From positions 1 through 64,000 of the IMG/VR virus record IMGVR_UViG_3300046490_000065: 64,000 nucleotides of DNA; one strand, given 5' to 3'. The notes beneath the pieces were generated by a model that saw only the letters and a program-made list of their open reading frames with translations, did no database searches and was not told the origin of the DNA. Made by a program: the position numbers and the translations under genes. This DNA is from a virus. Lineage: Duplodnaviria; Caudoviricetes. Below are positions 35,949 through 45,777 of the stretch, in pieces (position 1 is the first letter of the stretch; the number at the start of each line of letters is the position of its first letter).

Positions 35949-37212
35949 CGAAAGTTGCATTTATCATCCAGAAAGGGACCAGTTTCTAATCATCCGACGC
36001 CATTATGTGGAGATGTTCGGAGGTGACGTTGACCTAGCTGCATTGCTCGCCTTATTCGAGTTCTGGACGAATGGGGAGTTGGATCAGTTTGCCAAGCGGA
36101 GAGAGCAAGGAATCCCGTGGGTGACGGTGGCCATGCCAGTCATCGAACACTGGATGATGAACATCTGTGGACGTCGGAAGATCCAGGACAAATTGGCGCT
36201 CTTGGACAAGTGGGGACTTCTCCGGTCAAACACCCCTGGATGCCAAACTTCCAAGAGCTACCTGCTGAATATAGATGGCTTAAACCAACTCGTCCACTCT
36301 GGGGTTAAAGTGGACGAGTCCTTCATCGGCAATTTTGCCGATGGGGATGCTGCAATCACAGGGTCAAGTAAAGAGGTGATCGGCAAATCTGCCGATCAGA
36401 GTCAAGAGGTGAGTAAAGAGGTGATCGGCAAAAACGACCGAGCTTATGCATTTTCTGCCGATCAGAACGACGATGTATCATTATTGTGTTTAAAGAAAGA
36501 AGAAAAGAAAGAAGAAGAGGAACACAACTCACCCTCTTTGGTTCCTTCGGAACCTGAAAACCAAAGTCAAAACCCGGATGTTCCTCCCGCCGCCGGCCGT
36601 CCAATGTTGGACGGGGACGAGACCCAGGAATCGGCCCGACCCGGCAAGCGGTCCTGGAAACGCCCAAAGCCAGAACGACCCCACGGGTTCTCCGATCGTA
36701 TGCGCCAGCTTCGCGAGGGTGCCCACAATCAAGCAGCAGACGGGGTAGAGCGGCTTATGACGCCTTCTCGCGTGGTGACCAGCGCTCCGGAGACCCCGAT
36801 AGCTCCTGGGGCATCCTACGCTCAAGAGGAGACATTCCCCGTGAGGTGGAATCGGCTGGTACCGGCGCGGCCGGTGGACGCCGGGCTTCTGGCCCCAAAT
36901 CCGAAGGCGTACCGGGAGCAGGTATTCGCCCAAAGGTTCGACGAGATCTGCCAAAAGGCCAGCGCTCTTATCGCGGCTGGCGCTGACGTGCAGTTCGGGT
37001 TTCTGTTGAGCACCGACCGAGGAACGGAGCAATACCGGTGGCAACAACTCCTGGCGGGCCAACTGGACTGGATGAAGCCGAGGGCCAACGGGAGCGTCAA
37101 GGAAGTGAAGAAGCCGGTAGATGGAGTGGCGATAGCCGCGCAGATGCGCAAGGAACGATTGGAAAGGGAGGCAAAGGAACGTGCCGCAGAAGTCAACCAA
37201 GACACCCACTGA
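35938..37212 (+). CDS. replication initiator (lambda O-like organisation)
   Basis: Winged-HTH-like N-terminus, internal repeats and A-rich tract, upstream of DnaB. Confidence 0.7.
   Translation: MAGSESCIYHPERDQFLIIRRHYVEMFGGDVDLAALLALFEFWTNGELDQFAKRREQGIPWVTVAMPVIEHWMMNICGRRKIQDKLALLDKWGLLRSNTPGCQTSKSYLLNIDGLNQLVHSGVKVDESFIGNFADGDAAITGSSKEVIGKSADQSQEVSKEVIGKNDRAYAFSADQNDDVSLLCLKKEEKKEEEEHNSPSLVPSEPENQSQNPDVPPAAGRPMLDGDETQESARPGKRSWKRPKPERPHGFSDRMRQLREGAHNQAADGVERLMTPSRVVTSAPETPIAPGASYAQEETFPVRWNRLVPARPVDAGLLAPNPKAYREQVFAQRFDEICQKASALIAAGADVQFGFLLSTDRGTEQYRWQQLLAGQLDWMKPRANGSVKEVKKPVDGVAIAAQMRKERLEREAKERAAEVNQDTH
36324..36522. other. putative replication origin (iterons plus A-rich tract)
   Basis: CATCGGCAATTTTGCCGATG, TGATCGGCAAATCTGCCGATCA, further half-sites, AGTAAAGAGGTGATCGGCAAA x2, then TTATTGTGTTTAAAGAAAGAAGAAAAG. 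Confidence 0.7.
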
Positions 37213-37540
37213 GCGGGAGGAAGACATCATGGAGGCGGTCTCTGTGCTCGCGGGGATGCCGAAGTATCCGGTCGAGGAGAAACAGTTCAAGTTCTTCTGC
37301 CGCATGATGGCCCGATTCATGCAGACCGTGGAGATCACCCACGAGTGCCCAGAGGACCCAGAGTGGACGAAGAAGTACGGCCTGGGGGTGGTGAACCCGA
37401 TGAACCACACGATAGAGACCGTGGCTGAGGGATGCACATTCTTCCCAAGTTTGGCCCAGTGGCGCCGGATCTACTGCAAGTGGTTTCGGCCGCTTGACGG
37501 CAAGTGGCCGGCCGATATCGAAGAACAGGTGGAGGAGTAG
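37181..37540 (+). CDS. hypothetical protein (possible helicase loader)
   Basis: Lies between initiator and DnaB; FFPSLAQWR. Confidence 0.55.
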   Translation: MPQKSTKTPTEREEDIMEAVSVLAGMPKYPVEEKQFKFFCRMMARFMQTVEITHECPEDPEWTKKYGLGVVNPMNHTIETVAEGCTFFPSLAQWRRIYCKWFRPLDGKWPADIEEQVEE

Positions 37541-37543
37541 CGG

Positions 37544-38899
37544 GTGGCCAACCACGAGAAAGGGCTTCCGTGTAACGTGGATGCCGAGAAGTTCGTCCTC
37601 GGGTCGATCCTCCTTGACGGGGAGATCTACCCGCAGGCCAGATCCATCCTGGAATCCAACGACTTCAGCCTGGATAAACACCGCCGGATCTATCGCAGGA
37701 TCGGGCAGATCTACGAAGACGGCGGCCATATCGACCGTATCACCGTCACCAACCAGTTGATGATGTTCGGGGAACTGGAGTCTTGCGACGGGCTGTCCTA
37801 CCTTATTTCGCTGGACGACGGTCTTCCCGAGTCACCGCACATCGAGTCATACGCCTGGATCGTCAAGGAGAAGTCGGCCCTCCGATCCACCATCTTTGCC
37901 GCACAACACCTGATCAACCGTGCAATGGGTGGAGAGGAAACCGCCCGTGACATAATCGACGGGGCCGAAGAAACTATCCAACGAATCGACGCCGGGCTTG
38001 CCAGCAAGCAAACCCTACTTTCCCCCACCGAGATCATTGAGTCCCATGGCGGGATACCAAGCTTCCTACAGCACGCGATCAAGCCGGGCATCTCCACGGG
38101 GTTCCCCCAGATAGACGAGTACACCTTGGGCCTTCAGGAGGGGTGCCACTACATCATCGGAGGTCGCACGGGGTCAGGAAAAACTGCAATGGCGGAGAAT
38201 ATCGGGATCAACGTCGCCAAGACTGGGGTCCCCGTGGCTATGTTCAGCTTGGAGATGAGCAAGGAATTGGTCATCGCGCGGGCGGTCTGTTCTGAGGCCA
38301 AGGTCCCGTTCAAAGCGTACATAAAGAATGACATGGACCCAGAGCAACGACACGCGGTACGGGACGCCCTGAACCTTATCATGGAGTTGCCGTTCTACAT
38401 CGACGACTCTCCGGACCTTACGGTGTCTCAGTTGCCGTCGCGGGTAGATCGGGCCGTACGGGACAAACACATCCGGCTGTTCATCACCGACTACCTACAG
38501 ATCATGAACGCGGAGCCGGAGTTGAAGCTGTTCTCTGAGTATGACCGGGTGACTTTCGCCAGCAAGATCTGCCGCAGTGCCGCTCGTAAGCACAACATCA
38601 GTTCGATCGCTTTGAGCCAGTTGAGCCGTCCAGCCGACAAACGGAAGCCTGGGGCCAAGCCAACGCTCTCAGATCTCAAGGCAAGCGGCGGTATCGAGAA
38701 CGATGCGGCGGCGGCCATCCTGATTCACCGACCAGAGATGTTCGACCACAACAACCAAAGCCTGAAGTTCAAAGCGCAGGCCATTATTGCTAAGTCCCGC
38801 GTGGGCGGGCAGGGTGATGTCAACCTCCGATTCGATGGGAAATACTATCGGTTCACCGACGAGGGACCAACCGAGGATACCTATGACGAAGACGACTAG
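37544..38899 (+). CDS. dnaB: replicative DNA helicase
   Basis: AEKFVLGSIL, GRTGSGKT, FSLEMS, DYLQIM, LSQLSR, LSDLKASGGIENDA. Confidence 0.96.
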   Translation: MANHEKGLPCNVDAEKFVLGSILLDGEIYPQARSILESNDFSLDKHRRIYRRIGQIYEDGGHIDRITVTNQLMMFGELESCDGLSYLISLDDGLPESPHIESYAWIVKEKSALRSTIFAAQHLINRAMGGEETARDIIDGAEETIQRIDAGLASKQTLLSPTEIIESHGGIPSFLQHAIKPGISTGFPQIDEYTLGLQEGCHYIIGGRTGSGKTAMAENIGINVAKTGVPVAMFSLEMSKELVIARAVCSEAKVPFKAYIKNDMDPEQRHAVRDALNLIMELPFYIDDSPDLTVSQLPSRVDRAVRDKHIRLFITDYLQIMNAEPELKLFSEYDRVTFASKICRSAARKHNISSIALSQLSRPADKRKPGAKPTLSDLKASGGIENDAAAAILIHRPEMFDHNNQSLKFKAQAIIAKSRVGGQGDVNLRFDGKYYRFTDEGPTEDTYDEDD

Positions 38900-39197
38900 T
38901 CCGTGTTCGTGCTGCAAGAAGACTAACCAGTTTTGCCGTTGCACCCGCGAAGTTTGTGGCAAGTGCCACCAGTGTTCAGTCCACTGCGAGTGCTTCAACC
39001 CAACGTTCAGTCCAACGTTGGACTCAGTGCGTGAGCCGGAAGGCGACCGTGGCATCTGCCGGGCGCCAGAGTGCCGAGCGGTGATCTGGTGGCAGGTTAC
39101 CGCCAAAGGGAAGCGTACGCCGGTCAACGCCGATGGATCGCCACACTGGGCGGATTGTCCGGCGGCTAAGTCATTTTCGAAAAGGAGAACGAAGTGA
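38883..39197 (+). CDS. Cys-rich Zn-binding protein
   Basis: Multiple CxxC; HWADCP. Confidence 0.6.
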   Translation: MTKTTSPCSCCKKTNQFCRCTREVCGKCHQCSVHCECFNPTFSPTLDSVREPEGDRGICRAPECRAVIWWQVTAKGKRTPVNADGSPHWADCPAAKSFSKRRTK

Positions 39198-39868
39198 AGA
39201 TAGTCCAACCGTACGCGAAGTTGATGGATGTACCTGATCTAGATTCCGGTATCCGGTTATTGAAAAAGATCGAATGGTGCGGGCGCATCTCTCACCGTTC
39301 TGAAGAAGCTCAGACTGAGGACTCTTGGCGCCGCTTCGTAGAGACTGTGGTCCTGGGCCACGGTGACTGGAGCATCGTCGAACACGCAAGCACCACGGTT
39401 GACATGCTGGTGGACCGGGGGATCACGCATGAGGTAGTGAGGCACCGGCTGTTCTCTTTCACTCAGGAGAGCACTCGGTTCGTGAACTACGAGAAGAAGA
39501 TGCCAGCGTCGTTCATCGATCCATTCCTTGACCCTTGCCCATCGTCGGACATCGTGGCATCAAGAGAGCAGTGGCAGGATGCGATCGGCGCCGCCGAGTG
39601 GGCGTACAAGAAGCTGATCGAGAAGGGGTGTGCTCCGCAAATTGCCCGCTCCGTCTTCCCCAATGCGCTCGCTTCCCGCATCATTATCACCGGCAACCTC
39701 CGTAACTGGCGCCACTTCTTCATTATGCGGGTGACGAAGGAAGCCCACCCACAGATGCGCCAAGTTACTATCCCGCTTCTGGCCGAGTTCAAGGCCAAGA
39801 TACCAATCCTGTTTGACGACATTGAGCCCCTGACGAAGCAGACAGTGGCGATGAGCAAGATGCGATGA
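39194..39868 (+). CDS. thyX: FAD-dependent thymidylate synthase
   Basis: THEVVRHRLFSFTQESTRF signature; ARSVFPNA; NLRNWRHF. Confidence 0.95.
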   Translation: MKIVQPYAKLMDVPDLDSGIRLLKKIEWCGRISHRSEEAQTEDSWRRFVETVVLGHGDWSIVEHASTTVDMLVDRGITHEVVRHRLFSFTQESTRFVNYEKKMPASFIDPFLDPCPSSDIVASREQWQDAIGAAEWAYKKLIEKGCAPQIARSVFPNALASRIIITGNLRNWRHFFIMRVTKEAHPQMRQVTIPLLAEFKAKIPILFDDIEPLTKQTVAMSKMR

Positions 39869-40086
39869 CTACCCCACCGGAGCGGGAGTTTCTTCGGTTG
39901 GCTTGCGACTGGATGGTATGTCGGCTCGTATTGCTTGGCCACCCACCCAGCCGTAAGGGGCAGGTGTACGATCCGTGCTCATGGATGATTGGAGAACTGG
40001 CCACCCAATCCGAGATGTACTTGGTCTGTAAGGAGATGAGGCGTGACAATAGAACTGTTCTGGTCCGACAAGCTGAAAAGAACTGA
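39865..40086 (+). CDS. small hypothetical protein
   Basis: ATGA overlap. Confidence 0.4.
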   Translation: MTTPPEREFLRLACDWMVCRLVLLGHPPSRKGQVYDPCSWMIGELATQSEMYLVCKEMRRDNRTVLVRQAEKN

Positions 40087-40372
40087 CTGTTCTCTGTTCA
40101 AGAGTTTCGCGCAGGCTATGGTCATGCGACTGATGCAAGGCTGGCCGACCTACGGGTTCGACCGGCGCTTCCAATACCTGACCCGTCTGGAGAAGGAGGT
40201 TGCCGCTTATCGGAAGACCGGCAACAGGGAGCACCTAATCAACGCTGCCAACTACTGCTACATGGAGTCGGAGAAGCCAGAGCTACCCGGATCACACTGG
40301 GACAACTCAGTAAAGAGCGTGACGCGGAAGCAATCGTGGTTGGACGCCGCCCGTGACCGGATAACCTCTTGA
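40043..40372 (+). CDS. conserved phage hypothetical protein
   Basis: YRKTGNREHLINAANY. Confidence 0.6.
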   Translation: MTIELFWSDKLKRTDCSLFKSFAQAMVMRLMQGWPTYGFDRRFQYLTRLEKEVAAYRKTGNREHLINAANYCYMESEKPELPGSHWDNSVKSVTRKQSWLDAARDRITS

Positions 40373-40397
40373 CTCCGCCGACCAACCGGAGTAACCT
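40369..40397 (+). promoter_or_regulatory. sigma70-type promoter
   Basis: TTGACT-N17-TAACCT. Confidence 0.75.
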
Positions 40398-40456
40398 TTA
40401 GGCGTGGTGGGGTCGTCCCCACCGACACCCTTTGACCGCAAAACTATAGGAGAAGC

Positions 40457-41188
40457 ATGCCGACGAATCTATCCGCCATTGCGAAGAAGAAGGTGAGCCC
40501 GGAGGAAATCAAACTCCTCAGCGAACTCACCAAACCAAACGCCAAGATCGAAGTCTCCGTCTCCGGCGAGATCACCGCCAAAGACTGGAAGGAAACCACA
40601 GGGGTAGTCTGCCGGGCGCTGGTCCGAGCGCAGATGCAGGGACAGAAACTCTTCCCAGTCCTGGGGCGCCTGCTCGTGATCGCCGAAGAGAACACGGCCA
40701 TCTGGGAGGGACACGAGAGCTTCAAGAAGTTCCTGGTGGCCGAGATCGAGGATAAGTTCGGGATCTCCGTCTCATCAGCCTACGAGACCCTGAATGTGGC
40801 GAAGCGCCTGCCTCACCTCCAACTGGGGCAAGTGGAGTCCATCCCCCGCCGGAACATGCGGGTGTATCTCCAAGCCGTTCCAGTGGGCAGCGAAAAGAAC
40901 AAAGAGAGCGTGGCGCTGATGGAGAAGGCCGCCGAGCTTCCGGAGAAGGAGTTCCGGGAGCACTGCGAGAACCTCAAGCTGATCGAGAAGGGTGAGACGG
41001 CCGGCGCTTTCCTACGTGTCCCCTGCAACAAAACCCAACTGAAGCGGATGGAGAAGTTCTTCGAGAACCCCCAGTATCAGGCGTACTGTGGCACAACCAA
41101 ACCCATCGTCATGCTCGAACGGGCCATCGAGGAAGCGGCTAGCGAATGGATCATCCAGGCGGCAGCGGCGGAAGTTGAGGCTGGATGA
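40457..41188 (+). CDS. putative DNA-binding protein (DUF3102-like helical/HTH domain)
   Basis: LGRLL...HESFKKFL...KFGISVSSAYETLNVA; own promoter and SD. Confidence 0.55.
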   Translation: MPTNLSAIAKKKVSPEEIKLLSELTKPNAKIEVSVSGEITAKDWKETTGVVCRALVRAQMQGQKLFPVLGRLLVIAEENTAIWEGHESFKKFLVAEIEDKFGISVSSAYETLNVAKRLPHLQLGQVESIPRRNMRVYLQAVPVGSEKNKESVALMEKAAELPEKEFREHCENLKLIEKGETAGAFLRVPCNKTQLKRMEKFFENPQYQAYCGTTKPIVMLERAIEEAASEWIIQAAAAEVEAG

Positions 41189-41189
41189 T

Positions 41190-41600
41190 ATGGGGATGCG
41201 GCTCAATGATCCCCGCTGGTTCCGCGATCCGGCACAGATCGAGCGGAGAATCTGGATTACCGGAGCCACCGATTCGGATATCGAGAAGCGCAGGAACGAT
41301 CTGGAGCTAGTCCAGTCACTCAGCGTGTTGTCCACGGAGAGTCTTTTGGAGTTGTGGGACGTCAAGGATACGGCCGCCCGCAGGTGGAAGGAGACGAGCT
41401 ACTGGCGAATGCGATGCCCTGTATGCGGCGGGTGGGCCTACTATAACCGGTCTGCATGGGCGGGAGATGGGTACTTCAACGTTGTCCCGAAGTGCCGAGA
41501 CTGCGGTTGGCCACAGGTCGATCAGATCATGGGATCGAACATCATGGTCCCAAATCCCCGTAGTGGGTTTCGGCTGTGGAACAAAGGGGGTACGTTTTGA
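41190..41600 (+). CDS. Zn-ribbon hypothetical protein
   Basis: CPVC...CRDC. Confidence 0.55.
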   Translation: MGMRLNDPRWFRDPAQIERRIWITGATDSDIEKRRNDLELVQSLSVLSTESLLELWDVKDTAARRWKETSYWRMRCPVCGGWAYYNRSAWAGDGYFNVVPKCRDCGWPQVDQIMGSNIMVPNPRSGFRLWNKGGTF

Positions 41601-42088
41601 AACTCAGCATGGCAGAGCGCATAACGGGACTTGAGATCCTGGAGATCCCCCGGATCGGCAAGAAGATCGGGACGGCCGTCACCTACGCTGCCTACGATGA
41701 CGGGGTTGAGGTGATCCGCCGCACGGAGTCCGGACACTCCGCCACATTGTCGGCCGTGGTGGAGGTGCTCTACAAGAGGACCAGCCGTCGAGTGTTCGAG
41801 GAACAAAGTTTCTTGTGCTTCGTTTGCGGGCGGCTGCGCCCACTTCAAGCGGACCACATCCACCCACGGGCGCGTGGACGGTGTGACCAGCGATGGAACT
41901 TGCGTGGGGTATGTGCCGAAGACCATCAACTCATAACAGACAACAAGCTGGTGGACCCGCAGCCTCATCCGAAGGTGCTGTCGGCCGTCCAGCGGCATGG
42001 GTGGACCTGGGAGCCGGATTCCAATGTTGTTGGCTGGCACCAACTGATCGAGAGTCCAACGTTGGACGCGGTGGAGGCAACGGCTTGA
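41597..42088 (+). CDS. HNH endonuclease
   Basis: CFVCG...ADHIHPRARG...NLRGVCAEDH. Confidence 0.8.
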   Translation: MKLSMAERITGLEILEIPRIGKKIGTAVTYAAYDDGVEVIRRTESGHSATLSAVVEVLYKRTSRRVFEEQSFLCFVCGRLRPLQADHIHPRARGRCDQRWNLRGVCAEDHQLITDNKLVDPQPHPKVLSAVQRHGWTWEPDSNVVGWHQLIESPTLDAVEATA

Positions 42089-43023
42089 AGCAGAACCAGA
42101 CGGACCCCAAGTTACTCTGGAATGCATACGTAGATCTCGGGAGCATACACCGAGCCGGGGATAAATTCGGCATCGGAGGGGAAACTGCACGAAGGGTACT
42201 CCATAGAGCCGGGTTTCACCTACATAATACACAGTGGTCTCAAGACGAGGACCGTATCCTTTCGGATTACTATGAAACCTGCACACCCGGAACATTCGAC
42301 ATAACCGAAATATCTATCAGGTTGGGGAGGTCGTATGCGGGGGTAGCTTGCAGGGTTGGCGAGATTGGCCTGAGAGTCCAAGGATACTACCCCACTCCAC
42401 AGCAGAGGGAGAGAAGGTCCGCATCACAGAAAACTCGGCTTACAAAATTCCACCCAAACAAGGGAAGAAGGTTCGGCCCTATGGGGAAGGAGCATAAGGA
42501 AAAAATCTCTCGTGGGTGCATTCTTACATTTTCGGAACAGCGGATCTCTGGCACTGGCCAATTCAGTAATGAATCCCGCGATAAGAAGTCTGTGTCTATG
42601 TCCAGACTCCAAACGGAGCGTATACTGCATGGTAAGTACCAGGGAGGCAAGTACAGGAATGGCCCGCGAGGGGATCTCGGTGGCATGCGATTCAAGTCTT
42701 CTTGGGAGGCCAACTACGCGCGAGTATTGAACTGCCAAATTGCGCGTGGAGATCTGCTGTCTTGGGACTATGAACCGGACGCGTTTAAGGTTTTGGTCAA
42801 CGGAAGGACTCTCCACTACATACCCGACTTCAGGCTTACTGAACCCGGAACCGATCCTCCTAGATATGTTGAGGTAAAGGGGTGGATGGGGGAGAAGGCT
42901 AGATTAAAACTAGAGGCTATGAAAATTTGCCATCCTGAAGTTCCTCTCCACGTATTGATGGAGGGTGAGTACAGGGAGCTATCATGTGAATACTCCTCAC
43001 TCATCCCTCAGTGGGAGGCCTAA
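42085..43023 (+). CDS. putative homing endonuclease: DNA-binding repeats plus C-terminal PD-(D/E)XK domain
   Basis: FKSSWEANYAR...YEPDAF...YIPDF...YVEVKGW; NUMOD3-like EHKEKIS; lower GC. Confidence 0.75.
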   Translation: MKQNQTDPKLLWNAYVDLGSIHRAGDKFGIGGETARRVLHRAGFHLHNTQWSQDEDRILSDYYETCTPGTFDITEISIRLGRSYAGVACRVGEIGLRVQGYYPTPQQRERRSASQKTRLTKFHPNKGRRFGPMGKEHKEKISRGCILTFSEQRISGTGQFSNESRDKKSVSMSRLQTERILHGKYQGGKYRNGPRGDLGGMRFKSSWEANYARVLNCQIARGDLLSWDYEPDAFKVLVNGRTLHYIPDFRLTEPGTDPPRYVEVKGWMGEKARLKLEAMKICHPEVPLHVLMEGEYRELSCEYSSLIPQWEA

Positions 43024-43533
43024 TTGCCTGACGATCCAATTGTAATAGAATTCCGAGGGTACTGCTCAAAGAAGAACCGAAAGGCTCCTAACGCCAACGG
43101 CAAGGGTCTGCACATAGAGCCAAAGACCCGTGAGATGATTCAGCGTATGGAGCTTCAGGTGCCGGGGTGGGCACGGGACAAGATGCTGGTGAACCCGGAA
43201 GTGGAGTGGCACTTTACTTACACGAACGCCGGGGTGGATAAAGACGGGATCATCACCACCGTCCTGGATATCCTCCAGAAATACCGCGTGATTCAAAACG
43301 ACAACATCAACAACTTCAACGGCAAGCAGACGATCTGGCCGGCTGTGCGAGCGGAGGATGACTCTGTGAAGATCATCCTTTTCCCCCGCGCCGAAGAGAT
43401 CCGCTCCCCGCGCTACGTTCGTCCGCCGCGCCGCCGGTCACTGGCGCCGATCCCAATTATTCTGAATGACAAGACAACTCCGGATGAGGACGACCTTCCG
43501 GACCTCCTGGAGGGAGTGGAATGGGGCGACTGA
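43024..43533 (+). CDS. RusA-like Holliday junction resolvase
   Basis: SKKN, DKDGIITTVLDILQ...VIQNDN. Confidence 0.7.
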   Translation: MPDDPIVIEFRGYCSKKNRKAPNANGKGLHIEPKTREMIQRMELQVPGWARDKMLVNPEVEWHFTYTNAGVDKDGIITTVLDILQKYRVIQNDNINNFNGKQTIWPAVRAEDDSVKIILFPRAEEIRSPRYVRPPRRRSLAPIPIILNDKTTPDEDDLPDLLEGVEWGD

Positions 43534-43871
43534 GAGATCGAGTACGCGCACGGCTGGACGGTTTGGCCGAGCGTCAGGCCCAACGGGATGCGGCGCGGGC
43601 GTGGGTAAACCGGAAGGCTCGTGTGCTTACCGCCAAGTACGATGGGTTGCTGACGGAACTGGACGCGACGAGGGCCGTCCTGGAGGCTCTCGACACCACC
43701 TGGGTAGAAGAGAAGGTCTATGGAATGACACTAATTGCTACCGACACCGGGTTGCTGTTGGCGTACTCCCCCGGCGGGGTGTTGGACCGTCCGACCAGCC
43801 GACTACTCCACCCTCACCACTTCCAGGAGTCTCTGTTTACTCATCTGCCGGATTTGCCTGGAAGGATATAG
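43521..43871 (+). CDS. hypothetical protein
   Basis: Last rightward ORF, convergent with the virion operon. Confidence 0.5.
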   Translation: MGRLRDRVRARLDGLAERQAQRDAARAWVNRKARVLTAKYDGLLTELDATRAVLEALDTTWVEEKVYGMTLIATDTGLLLAYSPGGVLDRPTSRLLHPHHFQESLFTHLPDLPGRI

Positions 43872-45774
43872 GCTCACCGTACGGCTTTCCCAGCGTATTC
43901 CCCGGCTGGATCGTAACCGTCTTGTACCCTTTGGCCTGACACTGCCGGATCACGTCAAGCACCTGTGTCTCAAGATCCCCCTGCCCACCGATCTTCTTCG
44001 TCCACTTTAGGCCGACACCTGGAACTTCCACGAACAGAGACTTCGGAATCCCTTTGGCCGTTAGGCCCTTGACGATGCCTTCGCTGATCTCTGTTGGCGG
44101 TGGAACCGGCGGCTGGCCCGGTTTGGCCTTGGGCGCGGGAGCGGCCGGCTTCGCAGTCTTCTTCGGCGGCACAGCGGACTTCTTCTTGACAGTAGTCCCC
44201 GTAGGTTTGGCTGGTGGTTCGGGAATAGGTTTTACCGGCTCGGCGGCAGCGGCCGGCGGAGCAGACGGCGGATCCGGTGGCGGAGCGGGGGACGTAGGCG
44301 CAGGTTCACTTGGCGCGGCGGCGGCCGGCGGCTTAACCTCCGGCGGTCCAACATTGGACGGCGGCGGAGGTCCCGGTGGTTGGGCGGCCGGAGTGGCTGG
44401 TGCTGCCGATTTTCCTTTGACCAGTTCTTCGAATGGGGCCAAGTACTCCTGCATCTTCCGGAACTCGTCCATCACTGCGGCCTTCTTCTCCGGGGCCAAC
44501 TCGTTGACGTTTACCCCGTCGAGCTTCCTTAGGAAACCATCCTGCATCTTGCTGATGAAGTTCTGGACTACCTCAGGCGGTTGTTGCTTGGCTAGTTCGA
44601 GTTGTTTCTCAATTGGAATATCCGGCTGTCCACTTAGGCCGGAAGGGTCCGGCGGCCCAGGTAGCTGCAATGGCTTCTTGGCGCGGAACCCCTCTACGAT
44701 CTTTTCCGTCCCTTTGGTGTCGGGATGGGCCTGTTGTAACCGCTTGATCTCCGCTTCTGCCGCGCTTCGAGACTTGGCGGATATCCCTTTCTCATTCAAC
44801 TGATCCTGTAGTTCTCCTATCCTTCGCTCGATCGCTGCTGGAGTCTTAGGTTCCGCCGCAAGTGGGGGTGGTGATGGCTTGCCGGACTTGCTCCTGGCAT
44901 CCACCGCCTTCTCCGCATGTGAGGCGTTCGTACGCTCAGTTACCGGGAACTCTTTCCCTCCAACCTTGACGGACTCCTCTCCCCTTGTGAAGGTCTCTCC
45001 TTTGCCCATCTCGCCTTGCTTTAACTTCAACAGGCGCTCCCGAAGGATTGGTTCGATCTGCGCCTTGATCTTCGCCCGGTTGTAAGCCTTAGCGCCAACG
45101 ATCAGACCTGCCAAGTCGCCAGCCACCTGAGCGTATTCCTCTGGCAATCCCATCCCCTTCAGGCTGTCGGTTACTACCGACTGGGACACTGAGGCGGTAG
45201 TGGCCACCTTAGCGAAGGTCAGGGGGTTCGTGGCGGCGGCTCCCATCATGATCGGAGTGGCCGCATCCATAGTGCCCTCTACGATCTTATGCGCGGCCCT
45301 AAATTTCTCCTTTGTGGTGTCGGAGGTCATACCCTCGATACCTTGGGCCAATTGCCCCACTCCGTGAGTCGTTTTATCCAGAATCGACTGTGGGATATCG
45401 GCTGGGTGCTCACGCGCGTATTGGCTTGGCTGCTGGAAACTCATCTCCCACGGCAGCGCTGGCTTCCGTGGCTCCGGAGGTCCCGGCAAGGCCCCCAATT
45501 TTCCCATCCCAGGTACGGGTGGCTCCGCAGGTTTGGACGTGGATTTAGGCGGTCCAACGTTGGACGGAGGAGGCGTCGATGGAGGCGACGGTGGCTGGCC
45601 CGGCTTCACGCCGAACTTAGATCGTGCCGTCGCTAGGACTTTTTTCTGTACCTCTGGAGGAGCGTTCTTGAAATTCGAGTTCACGGAAGCCAGCGAGGAG
45701 ACCTGCTCTTTTTCTGGCTTGTCCCAAAACCCCGTCTGCGATACGATCTCTTGAGCGCTCTGTGTCTGTGGCAT
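43837..45774 (-). CDS. Pro/Ala/Lys-rich putative internal virion (ejection) protein
   Basis: Long ORF at end of virion operon. Confidence 0.65.
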   Translation of the reverse strand: MPQTQSAQEIVSQTGFWDKPEKEQVSSLASVNSNFKNAPPEVQKKVLATARSKFGVKPGQPPSPPSTPPPSNVGPPKSTSKPAEPPVPGMGKLGALPGPPEPRKPALPWEMSFQQPSQYAREHPADIPQSILDKTTHGVGQLAQGIEGMTSDTTKEKFRAAHKIVEGTMDAATPIMMGAAATNPLTFAKVATTASVSQSVVTDSLKGMGLPEEYAQVAGDLAGLIVGAKAYNRAKIKAQIEPILRERLLKLKQGEMGKGETFTRGEESVKVGGKEFPVTERTNASHAEKAVDARSKSGKPSPPPLAAEPKTPAAIERRIGELQDQLNEKGISAKSRSAAEAEIKRLQQAHPDTKGTEKIVEGFRAKKPLQLPGPPDPSGLSGQPDIPIEKQLELAKQQPPEVVQNFISKMQDGFLRKLDGVNVNELAPEKKAAVMDEFRKMQEYLAPFEELVKGKSAAPATPAAQPPGPPPPSNVGPPEVKPPAAAAPSEPAPTSPAPPPDPPSAPPAAAAEPVKPIPEPPAKPTGTTVKKKSAVPPKKTAKPAAPAPKAKPGQPPVPPPTEISEGIVKGLTAKGIPKSLFVEVPGVGLKWTKKIGGQGDLETQVLDVIRQCQAKGYKTVTIQPGNTLGKPYGEPISFQANPADE

Positions 45775-45777
45775 CGG

